DNA of 64,000 nucleotides from Candidatus Calditenuaceae archaeon HR02 (GTDB taxonomy: Archaea; Thermoproteota; Nitrososphaeria_A; Caldarchaeales; Calditenuaceae), in assembly GCA_002898395.1 (NCBI GenBank), contig BEHE01000010.1:8092-72091 (forward strand), read 5' to 3'. This document shows, one piece after another, positions 57,779 through 64,000 of the stretch (positions within the stretch are counted from its first letter, which is position 1; each line of letters starts with the position of its first letter). The notes under the pieces were generated by a model that did no database searches, was not told the DNA's origin, and was given only the letters and a program-made list of their open reading frames with translations. Position numbers and translations under genes: made by a program.

Positions 57779-58750
57779 CTATTCCTCAACCATAGGGAAA
57801 ACCCGCTTAGCGTTACCGTAGGTCATCTTCCAGAGAATCTTATCGGAGACCGAGTTCTCCAGAAGCCATCTGACACATCTGGAATAGCTCTCAAGGCTTC
57901 TTATCCCTGAGAGGTATGGTGGTCCATACTTTTCCCACGGAGCATGCGGCGCGTGGTCTGTCTCGAGAAAGTCAACCTCATCGTTCCTGACCCGCTCAAG
58001 GAGTCCCTTAGCAAGCCCCTTCTCCCTAAGCGGCGGATTCACCTTAAGGGCTATGCCGCCGGGACCGGCCATATCCTCCACGCTCAGCATGAGATGGTGA
58101 GGAGTTACTCCACAGACCACGCGAAGGCCACGCTCTCTCGCCTCCTTGACATGGTCTAGGGACGCAGGGTTACTTATGTGGACGAAGTAGAGGGTCCCGG
58201 AGAACCCTGCCTCTATAGCTAGCGATATCTGGTCCTTGACAGACTCGGACTCCGCCTCCGGAGGTCTACAGAGGCTCCAAGTCCAGGGGTGGCTAGGGTC
58301 CCACAAATCCTCGCGAAAGAGGCTTGCCTTCTCGCAGTGAACCGCTATAACGCCTCCGTAGCCGAGCTCGGACAACCTCCGGTAGACGAGGCGCTGACTC
58401 TCGACGTCTCGTGCCTCAAGACCCTTCATGGGTGCAGTATACATTTTGAACCCTACCACCCGCCTTAGCTTCTTGGCGGCATCCACCGCCTCCTCGAGCT
58501 GCCTCTCATCTGGAGTGGCTGCAAGGTATAGATAGTAGCCACTCTCTACACCCTCGCGCCTCGCGGTCTCTAGCCGCCTCTCCGCAAGCTCCAAACTCGT
58601 GATCGGTGGCACCGTGTTCGGCATATCGAGTATGGCTACTACTCCCTGACGCCTAGCAAGTTCCGCGACCTCCCTAATTGTCGACTTGTAAGCCTCCCCC
58701 CAATCCCTACAGTGCACGTGCGGATCAATACATCTCCATTCCAGGGCCAA
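57779..58750 (-). CDS. pyrC: dihydroorotase-like amidohydrolase
   Basis: IDPHVHCRDWGE metal-binding HxH motif and DHAPH later. Directly downstream of pyrB-pyrI. Confidence 0.6.
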   Translation of the reverse strand: MALEWRCIDPHVHCRDWGEAYKSTIREVAELARRQGVVAILDMPNTVPPITSLELAERRLETARREGVESGYYLYLAATPDERQLEEAVDAAKKLRRVVGFKMYTAPMKGLEARDVESQRLVYRRLSELGYGGVIAVHCEKASLFREDLWDPSHPWTWSLCRPPEAESESVKDQISLAIEAGFSGTLYFVHISNPASLDHVKEARERGLRVVCGVTPHHLMLSVEDMAGPGGIALKVNPPLREKGLAKGLLERVRNDEVDFLETDHAPHAPWEKYGPPYLSGIRSLESYSRCVRWLLENSVSDKILWKMTYGNAKRVFPMVEE

Positions 58751-58762
58751 CCAGGGCTCACA

Positions 58763-59239
58763 CTAGTCGACCAGAAAATCTGGGATCCTCTCTATCTCTA
58801 GTAAGGTATCGCAGTACTCGCAGGCTATGACGCCGTGCTCCTTCATAACGATGTAGCGCGGAGTCGCGGGCTCCCTCTCCACGTTGGTAATGCAGCTCGT
58901 CTCAGGGCATCGTATCTTACCCACGATCCTCTCAGGCAGGCCTGGGCTATGCTTCTTGACCTTCCAGTCCCTGATGTAGTTTATGGTTATCTGTGGGAGG
59001 ACGAGTGCAAGTATCTTGGCCTCATCCTCGCTGACCATGTAGTGGTATAGCTTTACGATGTCTTTCCTGCCGAGTTTTTTGCTAGGTACGTTATGAAGCA
59101 CTATGACTGAGACGTCGGGGTCCTGTTTGAGGGATTCTAAGTTCAGGAGTTTTATCACTTGGTCCGCCTTCCAGGCCGGTATATGGTCGAGGACTGTGCC
59201 CCAGTCAATTTTTCTAACTAGGAGCGACTCGCTACTCAT
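58763..59239 (-). CDS. pyrI: aspartate carbamoyltransferase regulatory subunit
   Basis: 158 aa. C-terminal Zn domain CPETSC...CEYC. 4-nt overlap with pyrB. Confidence 0.8.
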   Translation of the reverse strand: MSSESLLVRKIDWGTVLDHIPAWKADQVIKLLNLESLKQDPDVSVIVLHNVPSKKLGRKDIVKLYHYMVSEDEAKILALVLPQITINYIRDWKVKKHSPGLPERIVGKIRCPETSCITNVEREPATPRYIVMKEHGVIACEYCDTLLEIERIPDFLVD

Positions 59240-60243
59240 CCTGCCCCACCAAGAACTAGGTGGAGGAGTGCTTTCCTTATAGGTAAACCATTCCTAGCTT
59301 GCTCAAAATACCACGCGTTGGGGAGCTTATCCACCTCGGGCGAGAGCTCGTCGACCCTGGGGAGCGGGTGCATGATGCCCAAATCTCTCCTACCATAGGA
59401 GAGGAGTTTAGCGTCAACAACGTATGAGCCTCTCACGCGTTCGTACTCTGTCGGGTCAGGAAACCTCTCCTTCTGTATGCGCGTTACATACAAGACATCC
59501 AGATCAGGCATCACTTCCTTGATCTCATCAGCCGCCATCGCCTTCCTATAAGTCACGCCCCTCTCAGAGAGGTAGAGCTCCACCTCTCTTCTTACTTGGA
59601 GAAGTGGTGGCGCCATGAAAAATATCTCGACGCCGTTATAGTTTGCGAGGAGATAGCAGAGCGAGGGGATGGTCCTAGAGTATCTAAGGTCTCCCAGCAT
59701 ACCTATCTTGGCCCCGTCGACCCTGCCGAGCCTAGACTTGATTGTGAATACGTCCAATAAGGCCTGTGTGGGGTGTTCTTGGCTTCCGCTTCCAGCGTTG
59801 ATGACAGGCACAGAAGTAGTCTCTGCCACGAACCTTGCCGAGCCGCGCGCAGGGTGTCTCAAAACAATACAGTCCACCCCATACCCCTCAATCATCTTCA
59901 CAGTATCATAGAGCGTCTCTCCCTTCGCGATAGAGGACACCGCAGGGTCATGTATCGAGAGGACTTCTGCGCCGAGCGACCTCGCAGCTACGTAGAAGCT
60001 TTGGAAAGTCCTCGTCGAAGGCTCGACAAAGATTAAAGCAACCCTCCTCCCGGCGAGGGTGTCCTCTAAATGAATGGTTCCGGAATTGACCCCCTCAGCC
60101 AGCCTGAAGACTAGCTCCGCATCCTCTCGGCTTAGGTCCTTGCAGCTTATGATGTCCCGGCCAGCGAGAGTGTTTTTGAGGCCCAGTGGGGCTCCAACCT
60201 CTCGCCCCCCACTTAGTGATGAGGGCAAAACTAAACCCACCAA
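59236..60243 (-). CDS. pyrB: aspartate carbamoyltransferase catalytic subunit
   Basis: EPSTRTFQSF (STRTR) carbamoyl-phosphate motif and the HPLP motif (IMHPLPRV). Confidence 0.85.
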   Translation of the reverse strand: MVGLVLPSSLSGGREVGAPLGLKNTLAGRDIISCKDLSREDAELVFRLAEGVNSGTIHLEDTLAGRRVALIFVEPSTRTFQSFYVAARSLGAEVLSIHDPAVSSIAKGETLYDTVKMIEGYGVDCIVLRHPARGSARFVAETTSVPVINAGSGSQEHPTQALLDVFTIKSRLGRVDGAKIGMLGDLRYSRTIPSLCYLLANYNGVEIFFMAPPLLQVRREVELYLSERGVTYRKAMAADEIKEVMPDLDVLYVTRIQKERFPDPTEYERVRGSYVVDAKLLSYGRRDLGIMHPLPRVDELSPEVDKLPNAWYFEQARNGLPIRKALLHLVLGGAG

Positions 60244-60310
60244 CTCGTACGGTTGGCGCGGATTTAAGCATATACCAGGAAAATTTTCGATAGGAGCCAG
60301 GGTGGCGAAA

Positions 60311-60649
60311 CTATGGTTTTATGCCAAAGGCCCGGGCAAGGGCCTCAAAACGCCTAAACTCTTCTATAAACTTGGCTCCGTTCACGGTTAAAGTATAGAC
60401 GGGTTGGCCACCATCCCGCCTCTCTAGGAGGCCGCGGTTTACGAGCTCATCCAAATACTTCACAAGCCTGTCATGCGGAAGATTCGCATCCCTCATGATC
60501 GTTGTTATTCGGGCGGCGCCCTCAGAGGAAACAGACTCCAAAATATCCACGTAGATTCTAAGCCTAGACCTGTATTCTTTCCCCCCACGCGGTCGGTCCT
60601 CCCCAATTGGCGCCATACCTGAACTAACACCATCCTCCGCGGCTCTCAA
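60311..60649 (-). CDS. winged-helix transcriptional regulator (small archaeal wHTH)
   Basis: 112 aa. ITTIMRDANLPHDRLVKYLDELVNRGLLER is a wHTH recognition region. Confidence 0.45.
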   Translation of the reverse strand: MRAAEDGVSSGMAPIGEDRPRGGKEYRSRLRIYVDILESVSSEGAARITTIMRDANLPHDRLVKYLDELVNRGLLERRDGGQPVYTLTVNGAKFIEEFRRFEALARAFGIKP

Positions 60650-60659
60650 AAAGGCTCAT

Positions 60660-62507
60660 CTAGCTTTTCTCCAATTTAGACGCGTTTGTCCCTTTTCTAC
60701 CACCTATGCTGAATACACGTATCCTCTCCCCCTTTAAGAGGCTCTTCATGGTCGCTACCCCCACATCTCCCTTCTTCGAGAGCCTGATCCTTCCCCCCTT
60801 ACCCACAGTAGCCAATGTTACGAACTTGTCTCCGACATAAATTGCGACCTTCTCACCCTCCCTCTCCACCGGTAACCTGAGCTCAAGGGAGGCGCCCCCC
60901 TCGCTAACAGTACACTCTATCTCCTCGCCCGTGGTCAGGAGTTTTGGGACTAGTTCGATCTCGACCCCGAGTCTCTTTTCAAGCCTCCTAATACTCTTAG
61001 CATGGTGTTTGAGAAGCCTCGCTAAGTCCTCCCGCTCACACTTGACCACGACCTTCTCGCCCTCTAGCGAGACTTGAAAATCCCTGAGAAACCGTCCCAG
61101 GGTCCTTGACACGACACTCACAGCCCTCTCAACGTCAACGGCCTTTATCTCTCGGTCTGACAGTTTAACCACTGTGACCTGCTCCCCAAAAACATAGATC
61201 TCATACTCTAGCCTCGAGGTTTCTAGGTCTACTACCTCGACTATGGGCCTCGCCAGGTCCCTGTCAGACATGCCTGTGGGTACTCGGACAGCCTGTCTGA
61301 GCTCGTAAACCCTGTCAACCCGGCCATCCCTTATGAAGATGACCGTGTCAACTATGTAGGGGAGGAGTCCGAGGTCAATTTTAGAGATGAAGCGCTGAAT
61401 CGCGTCTATTGGGTCGCTCGCATGTATCACGCCGACCATCCCCACTCCCGCAAGCCTCATGTCTACATAGACTTGGAAGTCCCTCTGCTTTCTCATCTCG
61501 TCGAATATGGTGAAGTCGGGCCTGATTAAGAGGAGAATCTCGGCGCTTTTTTCGAAATCGCCCTCCAGCGGTCCGAACTGCGTTATCTCGGGACCCACCT
61601 GAAGGTCTCGCGGCGATTCAAAAGTCTTGACAATCTTTCCGAGGCTCCAATAGTATTCGGCGAGGCTTGAGGCGAATGTCGTCTTGCCCGAGCCAGGCGG
61701 GCCAGCTATGAGTATACCCTCCGCCTTGGTGGATAGGCGTTGAAAGAGCTTCTCCGATAGGTTATAGTCATGTATCGTAAGCTTGGTTATCGGTCTTACA
61801 ATCGTTATCTCGATGTCGTCGCTGAAAGGAGGCCTAGTCATCGAGACGCGGTACTGGCCCATCTGGATGACGGACGCCCCACTCCTAGAGATCTCCACCG
61901 ACGAGTCTTCACTGTGCTGCACCAGCCACATGATGTCGTTAATCATTGCTTCAGCCTCTTCGCGGGTAAAGGGCTCTTCTCTAAGTTTGACGAGGGCGAA
62001 GCTCCCGGGCCTACCCCTCTTCGCCATGGGGGGTGCACCAACCTTCAGGTGGAGGCTCATAGTGTCCTCTGTAAAATATTGCTGGAAGGGCGGCTCCCTC
62101 CTCGGCTCCACCACCTTAAAGTGCCTAGCGGCGACCCCCTCAGCCTCCGCCACAAGGTACTGGACGTAGTCTGAGGTGTAGAGGGTTCCACCCTCCTTAC
62201 GGGCCACATCCCGGATAAGCGCGTCTATCCTCCCGCCTCGCGCCAGTCTGATGTCCTCCAGGCTAGGCCTCTCACCCGCAAACCTAACCTCAACTCCATG
62301 CGCCGCGGCAAGCTCCCTAATCCGTTTCACCTCACCGATCCCAACAAAACCCTCAGCCCTACCCCTCGAAGCCTGTGCCTGAAGCTCATCTAGCGCGGCC
62401 ATAGGTATCACTATCTCGACATCCCTCAGCTCTCCGCGCTCCAACATGGAGGAGAGAATCCGGTTAATCAGCACACTAGTGTCCGGAACTATCTTCTCCC
62501 TGCTCAA
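60660..62507 (-). CDS. PIN-domain / PhoH-like ATPase / KH-domain protein (COG1855-type archaeal ATPase)
   Basis: N-terminal PIN (IVPDTSVLINRIL...), Walker A GPPGSGKTT, and C-terminal KH-like region. Conserved archaeal architecture. Confidence 0.7.
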   Translation of the reverse strand: MSREKIVPDTSVLINRILSSMLERGELRDVEIVIPMAALDELQAQASRGRAEGFVGIGEVKRIRELAAAHGVEVRFAGERPSLEDIRLARGGRIDALIRDVARKEGGTLYTSDYVQYLVAEAEGVAARHFKVVEPRREPPFQQYFTEDTMSLHLKVGAPPMAKRGRPGSFALVKLREEPFTREEAEAMINDIMWLVQHSEDSSVEISRSGASVIQMGQYRVSMTRPPFSDDIEITIVRPITKLTIHDYNLSEKLFQRLSTKAEGILIAGPPGSGKTTFASSLAEYYWSLGKIVKTFESPRDLQVGPEITQFGPLEGDFEKSAEILLLIRPDFTIFDEMRKQRDFQVYVDMRLAGVGMVGVIHASDPIDAIQRFISKIDLGLLPYIVDTVIFIRDGRVDRVYELRQAVRVPTGMSDRDLARPIVEVVDLETSRLEYEIYVFGEQVTVVKLSDREIKAVDVERAVSVVSRTLGRFLRDFQVSLEGEKVVVKCEREDLARLLKHHAKSIRRLEKRLGVEIELVPKLLTTGEEIECTVSEGGASLELRLPVEREGEKVAIYVGDKFVTLATVGKGGRIRLSKKGDVGVATMKSLLKGERIRVFSIGGRKGTNASKLEKS

Positions 62508-62607
62508 CCCGTCAAGTAATAGGTTGGTAAGGACTATTTATCAGGTGAGAGGACAAGGTGTTTTGAGGAGATAAGGATAAGAGGACAGAAGTCTATCTAT
62601 TGGCTGG

Positions 62608-63183
62608 ATGCTTAACAGGCTGCGTCCGAGGTTAGATCCCTTCGTTCCAACAGGCTGGGATTTGGTTGGAAAGATCATAGACTTCGCGGGGCCTGGTGAG
62701 GACTCTGTAGTCGTAGACCTCGGCTCAGGCGATGGAAGACTCGTCATTGAGGCAGCCAAGAGATACGGTTCTCTCTCTATGGGTATTGAGCTCAACCCAC
62801 ATCTGGTAGAGATAGCTAAGAGGAGGGCGGGGGAGCTTAGACTGGAGAACGTGGCCTTCCTAAACACTGACGTAAGAGTGGTCAGCCTCCAGGGTGTCAC
62901 ACACATTGTAGCCTACCTCACAAGCAGAGCGTTAAAGAAGATTGAGCACGTGCTTCTAACGGCTCCAAAAGACGCAGTCATTGTGACGCATAATTACCCT
63001 ATTCGCGGCTGGATCCCCATTGAGGTTTTGGAGACATGGTCAAGCAGTGATGGGAAACTGCATAGGCTCTACAAATATACTCCAAGGCTGAGTGCGCCAG
63101 CTTCCAAGCAAGCTAGACCTCCAGAGACGAGGGCCCTGAGGCTAGACACTGTTCTAAACTCACTTAAGGCCCGGCACCTCTGA
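62608..63183 (+). CDS. SAM-dependent methyltransferase (small, class I)
   Basis: VVDLGSGDGRLVIEAA motif I and the VVS...THIVAY motif II/III region. Confidence 0.5.
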   Translation: MLNRLRPRLDPFVPTGWDLVGKIIDFAGPGEDSVVVDLGSGDGRLVIEAAKRYGSLSMGIELNPHLVEIAKRRAGELRLENVAFLNTDVRVVSLQGVTHIVAYLTSRALKKIEHVLLTAPKDAVIVTHNYPIRGWIPIEVLETWSSSDGKLHRLYKYTPRLSAPASKQARPPETRALRLDTVLNSLKARHL

Positions 63184-63981
63184 GGCATGGCGCGGCAGTT
63201 TATTAAAATGGGTCCTCAGCCTCTTCAATACATAGTAAGTAAGCATAGCTCCACTTACTAGTAGCGTTAAGTAATATGTAAGTATCCGCCACAGTATGAC
63301 TGCAGTCCACGAATAAACCCCTAGGACCCTGCTGGAGAAGAGGTAGACTCCGGCCTCGGTCAAGCCCGCGCCACCGGCAGTCACGGGAAGGACTCCTAAT
63401 GTATTCCCTGCGTGAAAAGCGTAGATTGCGTCCACGAATCTTATCGCCGTATAGCTCGAGAAGACTGCGTAGAGTGTGACGGCGGGTATAAGCATCACGA
63501 CCACCGTAGCGGATAGGAGGCCTGCGGAAATTGATTTACCCCGACTAAAAATCAGCGGCTTGAGAAAACCCTGCGGGTCAGGGCCTGGCTGTTTAAACAT
63601 ATTTAATACTCCTCCAAATACTGGTAGGCGCCCCTCAATCCGGCTTATCAATCTGTTGAGGCGCGCCAATCCCCGATGCCTAGATTGCGTAAGCAAGGCG
63701 GTGACCAGTATGAGCTGTAGAGCAGGTATGGTGACCAGCACCATCGCCACGCTTATCACGCCATGGGACATGGCTGCGAAACCTGATAGGAGGGCTATCG
63801 GGGCAGCGACCAGCACGTCTAGAATTAGCTCGACGAACGCTATCCAGAGGGCTACGACAGGGTTCTCTCCCCTCTCCATCAGTATCCACGCCCTGACGGC
63901 CTCGTCTGCCATGAAGGGGATGGTGGTCAGTGCAAAGAACTCGCTCACACCCCTAACCATGAACGCTTCGCCCATACTCAT
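63160..63981 (-). CDS. polytopic membrane protein (UPF0104/flippase-like region)
   Basis: 273 aa, about 7-8 TM helices. Weak resemblance to the lysylphosphatidylglycerol-synthase TM region family. Confidence 0.4.
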   Translation of the reverse strand: MSMGEAFMVRGVSEFFALTTIPFMADEAVRAWILMERGENPVVALWIAFVELILDVLVAAPIALLSGFAAMSHGVISVAMVLVTIPALQLILVTALLTQSRHRGLARLNRLISRIEGRLPVFGGVLNMFKQPGPDPQGFLKPLIFSRGKSISAGLLSATVVVMLIPAVTLYAVFSSYTAIRFVDAIYAFHAGNTLGVLPVTAGGAGLTEAGVYLFSSRVLGVYSWTAVILWRILTYYLTLLVSGAMLTYYVLKRLRTHFNKLPRHASEVPGLK

Positions 63982-64000
63982 AGACGTGGTCGAGTAATGC

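Noticed and set aside
1-64000. CRISPR arrays, rRNA genes, intact IS elements or integrases
   Set aside because: No arrays of regularly spaced direct repeats, no rRNA-like conserved stretches, and no intact transposase or integrase ORFs were seen. Only the decayed fragments at 48.1-49.6 kb were found.

Overview
The window reads as archaeal and most resembles the Thermoprotei (Crenarchaeota). This rests on a PCNA sliding clamp, a Thi4 thiazole synthase, a PIN-PhoH-KH ATPase, thiolase/DUF35 gene pairs, and AT-rich TATA boxes about 25 nt upstream of start codons, which is the leaderless-mRNA layout. GC content is roughly 50%. Gene density is high and adjacent genes often overlap by 1-4 nt, so I have grouped them into operons.

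Main blocks, left to right:
- 1-8.5 kb: accessory genes, including an MFS transporter, a universal stress protein, a GH78 alpha-L-rhamnosidase, an ADP-ribosylglycohydrolase and a CPBP protease.
- 8.6-15.7 kb: a lipid/acyl-CoA cluster with 2 DUF35 proteins, 2 thiolases, an acyl-CoA dehydrogenase and an acetoacetyl-CoA synthetase.
- 17.4-26.6 kb: nine tightly coupled genes, which I regard as the most interesting system here. They comprise a 4-subunit 2-oxoacid:ferredoxin oxidoreductase, a tandem-duplicated HdrA fused to an MvhD domain, an HdrD-like CCG protein, and EtfA and EtfB. This looks like a previously uncharacterised flavin-based electron-bifurcating or -confurcating module.
- 27-34.5 kb: two convergent ABC importers.
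- 35.3-39.5 kb: M20 peptidase, ACC-deaminase-family PLP enzyme, Gfo/Idh/MocA oxidoreductase and MBL hydrolase.
- 40.7-48.0 kb: a complete nitrous-oxide reductase island (HTH_10 regulator, nosY, nosF, nosD, membrane ORF, nosL, membrane-anchored cupredoxin, TAT-dependent nosZ). A 24-bp near-perfect palindrome lies upstream of nosZ, and the island is flanked by a 695-bp non-coding gap and by pseudogene debris.
- 49.6-53.8 kb: glutamine synthetase and an orphan CoxL-like molybdenum hydroxylase subunit.
- about 53.89-54.08 kb: a strongly structured GC-rich ncRNA of about 190 nt with its own TATA box. Its class is unassigned; a minimal RNase P RNA is one candidate.
- 54.1-64 kb: PCNA, Thi4, pyrB-pyrI-pyrC, a wHTH regulator, the PIN-PhoH-KH ATPase, a methyltransferase and a membrane protein.

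No CRISPR array, tRNA or rRNA was found. All calls are from reading the translated ORFs and the DNA by eye; no searches were run.
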